Shown here: positions 22,053 to 36,530 of the stretch, piece after piece
Position numbering within the stretch: the first letter of the stretch is position 1
Layout: the number at the start of each line of letters is the position of its first letter
NCBI RefSeq assembly: GCF_048593235.1
Contig: NC_133620.1
Coordinates: 455,605,261-455,669,260, forward strand
Source of the DNA: Sminthopsis crassicaudata
Taxonomy: Eukaryota
DNA length: 64,000 nucleotides
Direction: 5' to 3'
Made by a program: the position numbers and the translations under genes
Notes under the pieces: generated by a model
Databases searched by the model: none
What the model was told of the DNA's origin: nothing
Seen by the model: only the letters and a program-made list of their open reading frames with translations

Positions 22053-22274
22053 TTGCTCATAGTACTACCACTAGGGATGTTCACCTTTCTAATTTGAACA
22101 ACCAGAGGGATTTCCCACCTCACTATCTCCAAGATGGATGCAAAACTATCTCTGTTCTTGCCTTTTAGGAATTAGTTCCAGAAGGTTAGGGTTCCAAGTA
22201 CAAATTATCATGAGTTTTACCTTAATTGAAAATCTTTTGCTCACTAACCCCACACACTCACATATATATTGTAT

Positions 22275-22276
<2 letters not shown>

Positions 22277-22315
<39 letters not shown>
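22277..22315. repeat. (AT)n microsatellite
   Basis: Perfect AT run. Confidence 0.97.
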
Positions 22316-22317
<2 letters not shown>

Positions 22318-25300
22318 TGCTTACTGTGTGCCTAACCACATGACATAGCTAGCCACTCTGCCTAGCATGGTACTCCAAAAATCAAGGAGGCATCAATTGT
22401 GCTCTTTGGAGAAGACAAAGAAACTGCTCTGCCCTCTCCCAGGTGTTCAGGGAGCCTCTCTACCTCTTCACTGAAAAGGGCAAGACTGTGCTACTATTTT
22501 ATTTGGCTAAAATCTAACCTTTGGTGAGTGGACTGTGAGAGGAGGCTGAGAAAGCTCCCAAGAGGCTCCCGGCCCTCAGGTTCCAGAAGTCCTTCTCTCC
22601 CAGAGTGGCTTCCTTGGTGCAGGGAAGAGTATGCTGGTTCAGAGATGAAGAACCCCGATGCTTTTTAAAGATCCTTTCCAGTTCCAAGTCTGTGATTGTT
22701 GGGGTTGCTCAGTTCCTGCTCCCGCCATAGGGCATTGCAATGCTCCCCCGTGATCACAGGATGGTTACCATTGGAACTGCTTCCAGACTGGGACTGGGCC
22801 CCTCCTCCATAGGAGTGGGAGGTGGGGGTCCTCCCGGGCTCCAAGGAGCAGCAGCAGCGGGGTCTCATGATTCAGCTCCCTGTTGCTAAGCAGCTTTCAT
22901 TAACAGGGAAAGTCTGCAGTGAGTGGCTCTGGGGAATGGGAAGGAGATGCTAATAAATGAAAAGAGAAGCAGATTCTAGGGAACATTTGCACCCCACCTT
23001 GCGTAATAGTGCTGAGAAGCCAGAGTCTCTGCCTCGTGTTTAATGTCTTGGACTCCTGGCTGTTTTTAGTCTTTCTCTCTTTTCCCTACAAGGATTCCTT
23101 TTCAAATTGGAGGTTCCTCCATCCCTGCCCCCCCTCCCGCCCCACTTTCCTCTCTGCCCTATTCGGTGAATTACTCATTTTCAGGGGATCACATGAATCT
23201 CACTCCTCAAAATCCCATAATGGCAGAGCCAGAAGGGACCTAAGCAGCCACATGTGGTCCAATCCATACCTGAAAACCAAAACCCAAAACCATTGCAGTA
23301 TCCCCAACATCTGGTCATCTGACTTCTGCGTGGAGCCCTGTGGTGGCAGGAGACCCTCTGCCTCCCCAACAGCCTACCCTACCTGGGTAAGATGGAAGTT
23401 TTTTCTGACTTCAAACCTAAACCTGCATCCTTGCAATTTCCATTCACTGGCTCCCAGTTCCATCCTCTGGCATTTAGGAAGTCCAAGTTTAATTCTTCCT
23501 TTTATAGAACATCTTTAATGTTACTAGAAGATAGCTATCATTCCCTACCCCCACTCTCTTCTTCTCCAAGCTAATCATCTCTAGTTTACTCCACGATCCT
23601 CAGATGGCAAGGACTCAAGGCCTTTTACCATCATCAGACTGAGGTGATCAAGATGGGATGGAGATTGCCAAAGGCTATTCTTATTCTGGCTGCTCACCAA
23701 GCTCCACTCTTCTTAAACGTCTTCCTCTCAGGCCCCATGACCCTTAAATAACATGGCTCACTTGGTAACCTCAAAGCACTCCAGTGAAGATGAAAGGCTC
23801 CTTCTCTGTCCATTCCCAAACAGCTCACCGGCATTGAGATTGTGGGCCCCAGTCTCTTTGATTTTAATTCTAGCTGGAGGTTTTAAGGGCCTTTCTGTTT
23901 CTTTTTCTTCTTGAGAAGTCACAGTTCTCTCGGTGATTTGAGGCTGATTTTGAAGATGGATTTGAGCAAGGAATGTAGAGGTGAGAAGTAGAATCTGGTT
24001 TTGTTGCGAGACGAGGGTCACCTGAAAAATCACTTCCAAGGGAGTCCTGGGCACCTTGTTCAAGCAGGGGCAGTGGTGAATTTTCAGTTGAGTTTATCAA
24101 AGGCATTTAATGTACCCACTACTGTGCAGGACACGGGAGAGATCTTGCCTGAAGGAGATGTCAGTTCTGTTGGCAAGTGAGAAGTCTAAACTCTTACAGC
24201 TCAAGGTCACAAATAAAATTGATCCACACTGGGGAACTGGGCCTGAACATTCAGTCCTTCCTCGAAAGTCACACGTAGTTGAATCCTTGGCTCAATGCCC
24301 CTGAGCAGGCTAGGCTCACGGAATTGCTGTTACATCCTAATCCCTTTTCCTAGATGTCAGTTCTCTCCTACTCTCATGCTATAAGCATCTCCTCTCTTCC
24401 TCATTTTCTCCTCTTCCACACTTGCTCACAATGACTAGGTACACAATCTCTGGTGGCTGGTTTTTAAAAGGCAATGAGATAGCATAGTGAAGAGAGCATT
24501 GATCTTAGAGTCAGGAGGATCTGTGTTCAAATTCAACCATAGATACTTGATACTAACTGTTTGACCTGGGCCAGTCACTTACCCCGAGTTGCATCAGAAA
24601 AAAAAGTTGTCATTTACAAGAACATGTCTGTGGGACTACAGAGAAGGTATATATTTCTGGGAAAATCTCCCCAGATAAAAGCAGGCAGTTGTGTGTTGGA
24701 CAGAAGCATGGATCTGAACTCTAAAGATAGGGGTTCACTTCTCCCTCTATCACTCACCAGGTGAATTTTTCCATCTTCCTCTGTAAAATAAACATGGTTA
24801 GACTTGCTCAGGGATACTTAATTTCATTAACATTTTAAAGAAATATTTGGATAACTTTACTTCAGTATAATTGCTCTCCTTTGTAATCCTACTTGTTTTT
24901 ATTTTATGCATTAAAATACATTATTCTCAGAAGGGGTTGGGGTCTATCACTTACACAGGTTCAGAATTGGGCTTCATGAACTCTTCAGTCTCTGATAGCC
25001 TTTAATCTATAATGAGCCTATGAAGAGAATTTTCTCTCTTCATACAATCAAACAGCCCAATTATAGATTTCTAGCTCTAGAGTAGAGGTACTAGAAATCA
25101 TCTAGTCAACCCCTTTGTTTTACAGCGGACTTTACAGACTTAAGCCCAGGAAGTTTGTTCAAGGTTGCACAAGTAGTAAATGTCAGAATGAGATTTTAGC
25201 CTAGATTTTCTGACTCAGTGCAGTGCTCTTTCCACTATATCTTAGGAAGCCGAGATAGTTCAGACTCCTTTATGCTTGATATCAGTACAATTAGCTCTGT

Positions 25301-28300
25301 CAATAATTTGTACTTTCTCTCCCTGTTCCTAGCACAATATTTCACCTTCAATAGGTGTTTAATAATGGCTGTTCAGTGAGTATATAGATGAATGGATGGA
25401 TTGGTTAATGAAAGATGAATTCCAGCTTAGAATGAACCACTTTCCTGACTGCCCAGAAACCAGTACCCTGGACAGCTCCCAGCCGGCTACGTGGCAGCTG
25501 GAGAGAAGGACAGCAGCAGCTAGCCAGCCTGGCAGTCCCTCCCAGTCTTTCTGGGGGCGGGCTGCTGGAGACACGATTACCTTGTCATGCAGGAAGTTTC
25601 AAACATAAATGCGTGGGAAGAAGGCTTGGGGAGGAGGGGGAGGATGTAATGCTGCTGCTGACCTTCTTCCATCAGGCTTCATAAAATCTGGACAGCCAAA
25701 GATTTTTAATCCCCCTGAGAGCTTGAGGCTCTCCTTTAGCTTCTTAGAGGCATCCCCCTCACCTGCCAGAATTTCCCCAGGCAGGTCATACTGGCCTGGT
25801 CATACTTGCTGTCAGAAGGAAGAAGGTCAACTCACTAGTCAAGATAGATGGGATATTGGGTAATGAAGTCATCCTGTACTACACCCAGGGGAAGGCAGTG
25901 AATGAGTCAATCCGGCCTGGGCCTCCCTTTTGAGGAACTGAACTGAACTCTAGGCAGGACTGGATAGAATCTGTGGCCAGTGGAAGGAATGGGGTTGAGT
26001 GCCTTTGGCAACAGACAAAACTCTGCCCTCCAAAAGACAGGAAAACTTCCAAGAACATTTGACCCTCTTACTTAGTGGGAACTTCTCTCGGTTTAGGGGA
26101 GAAGCTATTTATCAGGTTCTAGATGACCAGATTCTTTTTTTTTTTTAATCTTTGTGTTTATTTTTTTTTTTTTTTACTATGCAATATTATTGGCAGCAAG
26201 TCCTGTTTGTTTATGATACATAGTATTCTTTCTGAGCCCAATAATAATTATAACAATAATAAACATTTAGTAAGCACCTACATTCCAGGCACCATGCTAA
26301 AAAGTCTTCAAAAAGCCAGTACTCTAGTGGTAGAAATCAATACACAAAGGGAAGCTTTTTAAAAGGGGAAAAAGGATACCAAATACTAGAAGTCATTAAA
26401 GTGCCAAAGTAGTGCAGTGGGGGAGAGAGGGGGATGGGGAGAAAACTGTACTGAGCTTCCTTCTTAAATGAAAGTTTTGGAGTTCATAACTCTGGCTTCC
26501 AAACAGAGGATAAGGATGAAATATGAGTTAGATGACCAGATTCTAAGAAACAGGATAAGCAGACCTCCAGGGAGGGCCGGGCCTACTGCTACCTTAGGTT
26601 AGGAACAGCAACTCTAACCCTGGTTCTTGGCATTTATGGATATGTTCATAAAATCATAAAATATGTGAGAATGGCTCTCCTTTATTTCTGGGCTTAGTTG
26701 CTGCCATTTAAGGTTCTGTAATGAGGTTTGGTTCGTCTAATTACCCCCATTGCCCAGCTATCTTTAGTGACTTTCTGCTTGGGCCGTGGCCCCCACAGCC
26801 TGGGCTGGAGCTGCTTTTGCCCAAGCCAGAAGAAAGAAATATTGGAAAAGAGTTTGGGGACAGAGAAGGCAAATGTGAGCAAATGAAGCGCCCAGCCTGA
26901 GGGTGATGGGGGATTTGGGACCTGTATTCTGAGAAGTTAAGAAAATTGATCCCCCAGAGAGACATAAGTAGCTTATGCTACAGAATTCTGGTCTCTTGGA
27001 ATCAAGTAAAAAAACCAATTTACTAAACAATCTATGCAAAGCTCTGAGCTCTATGCTTCATGGCCCAGAGTGATCATCTTAGCACACTTGTGAGCTTTCT
27101 CATTTCCTGGCCTGCCCCCAACTCCCCTGGAGGTAGATAAAAGCCAGTTGATAGATGGATCAAGACTGGCTCCTTTATTATGTCCCTGAGAAATGTTGTG
27201 CAGGGTGGGAGGTGGGAGGGGAAGGGAGTGAGGAGGAGACCAGAAAGGAAAGGAAGACTACTGCCCATCATGAATTTCACTTCCCCATCCCAGTTCCAAC
27301 CATCTGAGGAGGAATTGCTCTCCTATTTCCATTTAAGCCTAGGTAGGAGGGTTGGTTTCTGGCTTCTGGGATGAGCCAGAAAGGATGAATTCCCCCAAAA
27401 GCTGGAGCAGAAAACCAGCTTCCCTGCTGTGAGCCGGGGGAGCACACACCTCAGTTACCATAGAGATGCTCATTCCGAGTGGAGGCAGCCCTGCTCTGTG
27501 CTCCCAACGCAGAAATAACCAGCCAGAAAACAGAGAGGCCAGTGGGAGAGAGAAAAGAGGAGACCTTTCCTGTTTTGTTCCATCCTTGGCCACATCTAGA
27601 ATAAGACCCTTACCTCTTCCTTTCCAGTTCGTCCTGGAGCTAACAATAGAAGTGTCTACACTCTCTCAAGAGTGGAGTCCATGGTCCTAGCAGGGATCAC
27701 CAGGGGTCATTCCTTCCCTCTTCTAGCCAAGAAAGGGTCTTGCCTGAATGATCTCCAGAAATTAAATCTTTGCCTTCTAACATTTTTTTCATCCTAATGA
27801 TCAACCTAATGGTGCTGGTGTCCCAGACTCTATAGCTCTGTCTCCCTTAAATCCAACTCATGAGAAAGAAAGACATCACCTCCTTGGTCCTCTTCAAAAA
27901 CAAAGGATGAACAAGAACAACAACTTAGGAACCAGGTTCAGATCCCACTTCTGAAGCATTTACTACCCGAGAGACTTTGGGCAGGTCACCTAAACCCTCT
28001 GTGCCTCAGTTTCCTCATTTGTAAAATGAAAGGAGCTAGACTAGGTGGTTTCTAAAGCCCCTTCTAGCTCTCTGATTTCTTTCCTATTGGGTTTTCCCTT
28101 GGAAATTCAGATTGAGAAGGATATTCTTGGGATCTTGCATATGAGATGAAACTTTTCTCTCTCCTATTTCACCATGGCACCCCCAAGTGTTCTGCTACCA
28201 GATGGTTGTTAGAAGAATACAGGTCAACCCTGATGGGGATCCCAGTGCTCACCATTCCCTCACCCAGTCCTAGGCTCTGCTTGCCTTGAGCACTCATTAC

Positions 28301-30579
28301 CTGTTACTTTTGGCTCCAGTTAAGAGATGAACAGTAGGGAATTTTAACCAGGAGTCCTGTCCCTTTGGATCACTGCTTGGATGGTCTCTGGCCCTATACC
28401 TAAGGAGTGCTGGATGCAGTGGCAGATGAAGCTGTCCCCATGGGCTGGGAGACTAACAAGTAGCAGGATCCTCTGTCCCTCCCCACCCCTCAGCAAGTTG
28501 TATAGAGAGCCATATGCTTGGCAATGCCTAGCCAGCTGAAAGTCTCTATAGCAACTGCAGCCCAGCTTCCCCCAGGGGTTCAGGTGGGAGGGGGCAGATG
28601 CCTAGAGGTAGCTTGTAGCATAGGCAGCAGGGATGGGGGCAGAAGTCTGGCAAAGGAGGGTTACCCACTCTCTATTAGCTCAGAGTTTGAGCTCTGGCTG
28701 CCATCTGGACACTATAAAAAGAGACCCGAGTTTCTATGTCTCAATCCCCAGTTTTTCTAGCCTGGGATGCCCCAAGATGGGGCCCTCAGGATATCAAAAT
28801 GAGATTACCTGATTTACCCCAAACCCCAATTTTTTACAGTCTCATTTTCATTAATATCTTACCTGTTTAAATCAACTTGATTTACAAATATCTCTCTCTC
28901 CATTGTCCTCACCAGTGGGCTTCAGAATAAAGATGAACAAAGCAGAAAAATCAGTCACCAAAACATCACAGTTTATCCAACATCCCACACCCCGCGTACC
29001 CAACCCCTATCCAAAAAGATGCAGGGAAGCCTGAATCCCAGCCTCTAAACCCAAAGCAGGATCCATGGTGATAGACAGGACTCCACAGGGCTCAGAAATG
29101 TCTCAGGGACTTGCGACCTCTGATTCAGGACCTTGGATAAGGGAACTGGGCTTAGTGTGGGCAGATGGGTAGGGATCAAGAAGGGTCTTCTGGGCATCCT
29201 GAATCCTCTCTCATGAGTTCCATGTTGCATTGTCTCCCCAGCCCAACTTAGCTTTCTTCCTAAATCTGGGATTGGGTGGGTTTGAGACTCCCGTTCTTCA
29301 CCTTACTGCCTTGTCTCCTGAAATTGGGCTGGATGATGGCTTATGCTGGAGAACTGAGGCGGGGGCTACCTCAGCAGGTCTAGACTGCTACAAAACTGGT
29401 GAGATCAAGGTTCAGCATCAGATTGGGTCAGAAGGGGTGGAAGCAGATGGAAGAGCAAGTATCCAAGTCATTAGATTTAGAGGTGGAAGGAACTTTATGG
29501 ATCCTTGAGTCAAACTTGTTTATTTTACAGATAGGAAAACTGAGGCACCGAGAGGCTTAAGTGACTCACTAAATCACACAGTTAGTAAAGTTCTAAGGAA
29601 GTTTTGAATTGATTTCTTCATAAGCTTCAAGCCTGTCCTACTCTAGATCAGACTATGGGATCTGTAGGCTTAGAAACTTTTCTGGAAATAGCATTATTGG
29701 GGGTGAATAGAAGCCACCAAGCCTGCTCAATGTATGGAGCATGAAGTATGATGGTGTATGAAGCAGAGCTGGGCCTAATTTGACCATGATGCCAGGCAGT
29801 GAGAGCCAGGTACACTTCTTCCTGGGAAATTTAGCTCCATCCCAAGAACATGAAAGCTGCCAGACACTTCCCCAGATAGACAGCCAGGAGCCCCTCCTCC
29901 TGCCTCAGGTAGTTACTGGGAGCCCCAGCACACTTTCCTTGGGTGTCTATGGTGTGCCGAACACTCTAGGAGGTGCTGGATATAGAAGGATGCCAGGAGA
30001 GTCCCTGTGCTTCAAGAGCTTTGAATGTACTTGGGGAAGCAAGACAGACATGAACGGCCAATAAGAGTACAAGGTAACATGCTAGACAGCCCCAAAGTCA
30101 GGAAGATCTGGATTGAAGTTGAGCCTGATATATATGACTCTGAATCAGTCACTTAACCTCTTAGTTAGCTTAGTTAGCTGCCCCCAAGCAGCTGCTAAAT
30201 GTAAATTGAAGAGCTGGAGAGGGAGTTTTTTCACAGGCAGTTGACTATACCAAAGGCATCATGCATCTGCCTTATTCTCTCCTCCAAAAATAAAAGACCA
30301 AAGTAGTGGCAGGGGGCAGGGATTGAATATTTATAAAGCACCTATATTGCTAGACCCTGTGCTAAGGGATCTACAAATATTATCTTTGATCCTCAGCACC
30401 CTGAAGTAGGTTCTACCATTTTACATTTGGGGAAACTGAGGGAAACAGAGGTTAAGTGATTTGTCCATCTATCTCCAAGGCAGTTGGCACCAAAGTTCAA
30501 ATCTCAGCTTTGCTATTTAACTACATGCCTGACCTGGAACAACCAATCAAGTATTTAAGCATATCTATTATTGCCAAGG

Positions 30580-30810
30580 GCAGTCAGGTGGCACAGTGGA
30601 TAGAATGCTGGTTCTGGAATCAAGAAAACTTGAGTTCAAATCTAATTTCAGACACTTACTAGCTGTGTGACCCTAAGAACTCACTTTATTCTGCCTCAGT
30701 TTCCTCATCTTTACAATAAAGTGGAGTAAAAATGGTAAACCATTCCAGTATGAGTTCCAAGAAAACTCCCAAACGGGGTCAGACATGCCTGAAATGATTA
30801 AGCAGCAATA
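30580..30810 (+). mobile_element. Older marsupial CORE-SINE (Mar1/MIR-like)
   Basis: tRNA head, CORE (ctgcctcagtttcctcatct) and a tail ending gaaaactccccaaacggggtcagacatgcctgaaatga. Many similar diverged MIR/Mar/L2 fragments occur across the introns and are not listed individually. Confidence 0.6.
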
Positions 30811-31169
30811 ATTATATTGGGTACCTGTGTTGGGTGCCTGGGATGCAAATAAAAAGAATAAAATATCCCTATTAGCATTGAATTTATATTCTTTCTGGGC
30901 CTCAGGTTCCTCACCTCTAAATCAAGGGCACTTGATCAGGTTTGTTCCAGCTTTGAATCTGTGGTCCAGTTGAGGGCTCTTAGATAGGAAGAATATAATC
31001 CCCATTCATGAAGTCTGTGATTTGGATTGGCACAGCACTAGAGGTCACTGAGGACTGAAGTGGTAAAGAAAGGCTTTCTAGAGGAAGTGGGTTTGAATCC
31101 CTCCTCTAAAAGAATAGGACTAAAAAACAAACAAACAAACAAACAAAAATTGTATATATATATATATAT

Positions 31170-31332
31170 GGGGGTAGTTAGGTGGTGCAGTGGATAGAGC
31201 ACCAGCCCTGAATTCAGGAGGACCGGGGGACTGGAGTTCAAATCTGGTCTCAGACACTTAACACTTCCTGGCTGTGTGACCCTGGACAAGTCACTTAACC
31301 CCAATTGCCTCAGGGGAAAAAAAAAAAAAAAA
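31170..31332 (+). mobile_element. WSINE1-like SINE with a short insertion before the B box
   Basis: Standard head and tail; ggaggacc-gggggact-ggagttcaaa differs from other copies. Confidence 0.85.
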
Positions 31333-32032
31333 GACTTGGTCAAGAAGAGAGAAGCAGACATCCTGAACAAGGAGAACAGCTTGAGCAAATGTGTAGAGAT
31401 GGGAATTCAAGTAGCATACTTGGGGAAAAATGAGTAAGAATCTGCTGGAAGCTTCACAAAGTGCTCTCTTCACCATGGTCCTATCAGACAGGAAGTGCAA
31501 ATGTTTGTCATCCTCTTTAGGACTAAGAACCTGAAGCTGAGAGTGACTTACAGGAAACTGAAATGCAAAACACAAGTGACTTGCTAATGGAATCAGGGAC
31601 TTAGAGCTGAAGGGACATGAAGTCATTTAGTCCAAATAGAAGCAAAAACAAGAGTTGTGACTTTGCCAGGTCACACAAAAAGTGGCAAACGAAGGGTTTG
31701 AACCAAGGAGGGTTTAGTCTTTATTGATTCCTTCCCCCAGTTGTATCCGTTGCCATGAAGCCCTCATATGATGGGTCTAGAGGGCAGCTCTGGCTTAAAA
31801 AAAGCCCCTGTGTAATGGGAAAGGCTCCAAAGCCATACAAGTACAAAATATCAGAGCTAGAATTCAAATCCAGATCTCCAGGGCCATCTCCAATGGTCCC
31901 TGTCTCTATCTGGCCATTGGAGAAAGTAAGGAAGGTGACCTTGTACAGTCCTCCATCACTCAAATCCAATTCACTTGCAAGTCATGGCATCCCCTCCTGA
32001 TATCATGGTCCTCTTCAAAAAAGAAGGACAAA

Positions 32033-32173
32033 GGGGCAGCTAGGTAGTGCAGTAGAGCATCAGCCCTGATGTCAGGAGGACCTGAGTTCAAATTTAGCCT
32101 CAGACATTTAACACTTCCTGGCTGTGTGACCCTGGGCAAGAAACTTAACCCCAATTGCCTCAGCACAAAAAAA
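32033..32173 (+). mobile_element. WSINE1-like SINE
   Basis: Full head to A tail; TSD gaaggacaaa (32023-32032, 32178-32187). Confidence 0.9.
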
Positions 32174-33741
32174 GAATGAAGGACAAACAACAAATTAGTT
32201 AATAAATTCACTCTAGAACAGGAAATATCTTGTTCTCTCTTCCCCTTTTCTATCCTCTCTCCTCAATCTGTCTCTTGATTCTATTTCTAACTATCTCAAT
32301 TTCTTTTATCGTGGACCTAGTGGGATACTGGTAATGTTTGACCAAACTCTCCAGAAAAAAGAATATAAATGAAACTTTTAAGTTTTTTTATTATTAACAT
32401 TTTCTCCATGACATTTGAGGCAGGGACATGATTAATCTGACAACCTTGTCTGGAATGGATTATAAAGGGCAGAGACTGGACATAGAGAAACAAGTCCAGA
32501 AAAGAGAGACGGAGACAGCCATTGCTGGATGTTGTTCTTCACTCCTATTGTATCAGCCTGACCTCTTCGATAGCCTCTGATGACCAGTCATGGTGCTGAC
32601 TGATTAAGCAATTAGTGCACACTTTCCCCCAAATTATTTAATTTACTTTTAAGGCTTAGATCTGAGAAGGGGCTTGATTGGTCAAACAGCTTGTTAATGG
32701 CAGAGCCTGGATCATAGATTATTTAGATCATCCTAGATCCTAAATCATCTACATGATCCCGTATCTAGAGCTGGGAAGGAGCTCAGAGGCTTCCCAATCT
32801 CCTCATTTTACAGATGAGGAAACTGAGGTCCAGGGAGTAATAAAGTGACTTGTCTGAGGTGATCCTAATAATAAGGATGTACAAGATTGTACAAAATGGT
32901 GGGCATGGGGTATCATCATAGACTATTGTTTTCATGATCATCCTTGCCACAATGATGGAGGAAGATAAGAGATATGGGCTTGGCTCTCACTTTGTCAGCA
33001 TCGTTCTAAAGGACCTGTGGCTGTGGAGCAAGGGGCATGTTGTTTGTGAAACGATTGGCTCCTCGTGAGAATCTTGGTTTTCCCTTCAGCCCCAGCATGA
33101 TGGGTGGGGCTCGATGGCTGCAGAGGAAGCCGAGCACTCGGTTCCCCACTTCTCCAGCCCTGCCTCTTTAGCCATTTGTCTACACCCTGGGGAAGGTGGG
33201 GAGACTAATGAGTCATTATCCTGTCAATTAGTCACATCCTTGTGTTCGCTGCAAATTGCTGCCACCTGCCTTTGCTCTGGCAGCCAAGGACAGCATTGAG
33301 CACTGCCCCCTTCCACAATGGCTCTTTCTTCTTCGGATATGGACAGCAGAAGACCAGTGTCAGCTCAAGCCGCTGCTGGTCAGCGACTTGAAGGAAAAGG
33401 GCTTTTCTTGAGCTAGAACTCCCCAGCCTTCCAGCCCCATCGAGTTAGGGCTTCATGGCAATGGGTGGGGACAACTGGGGGAAGGAACCAATAAAGACTA
33501 AATCCTCCTTGGTTCTAACCCTTCCTTTGTCAATCTTGGCAAAGTCACTTAGCTCTTGTTTCTGCTTCTGAGTGAAGAGTTTGGACCTCATGTCCCTTCA
33601 AGCTCTAAACCTATGATTGTGTCCTTTGCACCTCAGTTTGCTCATTTGTAATATGAGAGAATTGAACTAATTGACTTCTGTGAACTTGCTCTCACACATA
33701 TTTGTCAGGCACAAGTACAAACACAGAGACCAATTGATATA

Positions 33742-33743
<2 letters not shown>

Positions 33744-33774
<31 letters not shown>
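33744..33774. repeat. (TG)n microsatellite
   Basis: Perfect TG run. Confidence 0.97.
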
Positions 33775-33777
<3 letters not shown>

Positions 33778-35959
33778 AATATAAATGTTCATAGATGAAT
33801 TAAAAACCTACAATCACACCCAGGTGTACCCAGAGGCAGACACAAAGTAGTCAGGGTTCTAATGCTAGCTAGTTGTGGAACCTCAGCCAAGTCAATTCGC
33901 TGATTCTGTAAAAGGAGGCGATGGGACTTACGCTCGAAGCTCTCTTTGGATCTAACAATCTGTGAGTCTTTAAACCCACAAATATAGATAGAATGTAGTC
34001 TGTGCCCTTCCCGGCCTCTAGCCTGTCCACCATTTCTTCAGACATGTGGTAAGCAATGTCCAGAGGGAGAAATTCGGTCTTTCCCCTAAATCAAGCCTAT
34101 AAAAACAGCCCCAGAGGGCCTGGAAACCTCCTTTTGCTCCCTGCTGCTGCTCATCAATAATGAAGGAGTTGTTGTCAGTCCTGATAACCGCAGCATCAGC
34201 TCCATCAATATTTGATGGTTTCTCCAGAGCCTGGTTCCTTAGCAACCACAGTATCCATGGGCCCTGGGAGGCCTGGCTGGCTTCTGCTGCTCCCCATGCC
34301 CTTGGTCCTGACACTACCCATCATGTTCTCCCTCTCCGGGGGGGGGGGGTGCAGATAGGCAGAGGAGACGGATCTGCTCTGCACACACGCTCCCTGCCCC
34401 CACATAGTCAAATGCTAGTTGGATGTGCTGGTGGGAAACAGGGGAGGGAGGTGGAGGGGGCGCACCCTGCCTTAGAGCAGGAGCAGAAAATGAGCTATCT
34501 GGCCCCATGAGCATTGGGAGGGCAGGGTCCCATCCAAGCATGTTTCTGCCTGAGCAGGAAAATGAGAGCTGAGTGTCTAAGAGGGAGACATCCGTGGTAC
34601 AGAAAGAGTGCCGAATTTGGGGTCAGAGGTCTGGGTTCAAATTACCCCTTCTACTTGCTTCTTGCATGACCTGGGGCTTTCTGAGGCTGGGTTCCCTATT
34701 GGCTCCCAGGGTCCCTTTTAGGCTCTGAATCCTTTTAGTAATGTTTAAGATCAGTAGGAGCAAGCTGAAAACAGAATGGATCAGTTCATGAATTCTCCAC
34801 TTCACTGGAATCCTCCAAACAGGTCCCTGACTTGGGTGATAGATGAGGCAAAATGGACTAGTCAGGGATGACTATGAAGAGAGAGTATTTTGGGTTAGAT
34901 GTGGGTTGGAAAATTTGCTTCTGCAATTGCTTCCAAGTGTGAGATTCAGTGAAAACACACCCCTCTCCCCCCTCTCTCCTTTTCCCTCCTCTCTGTCTCT
35001 CTCTCTTCCCCCCCCCCCCCCCCACACACCAAAAGCAATCAGGGTTAAGTGTCTGGGCAAAAGTGTCAAGTGTCTGGGATTTGAATTCAGATCTTTCCGA
35101 CTTCTACCCACTACCCCACTTAGCTGCCCCATTCGTGCACTTCCACTGACTATACTGGAATTCTCTCCCTCCTCATCTCCACTTCTTGGAGTCCCAGCTG
35201 AAACCCCACCTGCCAAAAGAATCCTTTCCCTGTCTCCCTTAATGCTAGCCCCTTCCGGTTGCTGAGTATCTCCCATTTATCCTCTACAAATCTTGTTTCT
35301 ACACAGTTGTTTTCATGTTATTTCCCCATTTGATTGTGATCTCCTTAAGAATAGGGACTATCTTTTGCTTTTCTTTGTATCTCCTGTGCTTAGCACAATG
35401 CCTGGCAAAAAAAAAGTGGGTACATAATAAATACTTATGGACTGACTGCCAGAAGCACCAGGAGTTTTCCGGCCTTTCTCTGGGGCTTTAGCCAGGCCTG
35501 ACCTAGAGGACAGAAGGAAGATTTGCCCATCTTGGGGTCAGATGTGGGTTGGAAAACTTGGCTCTGCAATCCCTACCAAGTGTAGGATTCTGTGAAAACA
35601 CACCCATCTCCTTCTCTTCTTTCTTTCTCCCTCCTTCCCTGTATCCTTCTCCCCTCTCCTTCTCTTCTCTCCCTTTTCCTCCTCTGGGGAGAAAAGGGAA
35701 TGGCTGAACAAATTATGACATATTAATGTAATAAACCTTATGCAATAACTTCAATGATCAAGACAGCTTTAAGAACTCTCATCAATGCAGAGAGCAACCC
35801 TGATTACAGAGGACTTCAATAGGAAACATGTCACCTCCTGAAAGGTAATGAGTTCAAGATGCAGAATGTCTCATAGATTTTAGACATGGCAAATGTGAAG
35901 ATTTTTATGCATATTCATTACAAAAATTTTATTTCACTTTTCTTTTTTTTTTTCTTCCG

Positions 35960-36530
35960 AGGGAGGTAGAGAAGAGTCAGAAAGGTAGGAGGAGAGCCAG
36001 GAGAGAGTAGTATCCCAAAAAGCCAGAGAAAAGAGAGTTTTAAGGAAGAGAGAATGGCCAACAGTGTCAAAGGTTGCTGAGGGGAGGTGGGAAAAAATTG
36101 GGAGAAAAAATCCATTGGATTTTGCAACAAAGAGATCATTGGTAATTTTGTAGATCAATTTCAGTTGAATGATGATGTGGGAAGCTGGATTGTAGAGAGT
36201 TAAGAGAGTAAAAGGAAAGGAATTAAAAGCATTGATGGTAGATGGCCCTCCCCCAAAGGAGAACCATAGGATGATCTTTAGCAGGATGAGCATACTTTTT
36301 TGGGGGGGAACAGGGAGACACGGACATGTCTGAGGCAGTAGGGAAGAAGCCGGCGGACAGGGAGCAACCAAAGATGAGTGAGAATGGGATGATAGAAGGT
36401 CAGTCTGGTGGGGAAGAAAGGGTGGGGTAGAATTACTTGTCCATGGAGAACGGATTTGGTCAGCAAGGAGAAGGACTGACTCTTCATATGAAACAGGTGA
36501 AAGAGATCATGGCGGACGGCATCTGAGTGA
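35960..36530 (-). mobile_element. L2 fragment including RT region
   Basis: Minus translation ITNDLFVAKSNG...SATFDTVGHSLFLKTLFSLAFWDTTLSWLSSYL resembles the L2/CR1 RT motif (DLSAAFDTVDH..LL..L..LG..D..LSWFSSYL). Ends approximate. Confidence 0.7.

Noticed and set aside
21689-22168. ORFs with CVCV / HTHT runs (also 49838-50495)
   Set aside because: Translations of (TG)/(CA) microsatellites.
11719-34250. Scattered RFX X-box-like motifs (GTTGCCATGG 11719, GTTGCTAAGCAGC about 22881, GTTGCCATG 31749, CTTAGCAAC about 34238)
   Set aside because: Partial matches at a frequency plausible by chance in 64 kb; no independent support.
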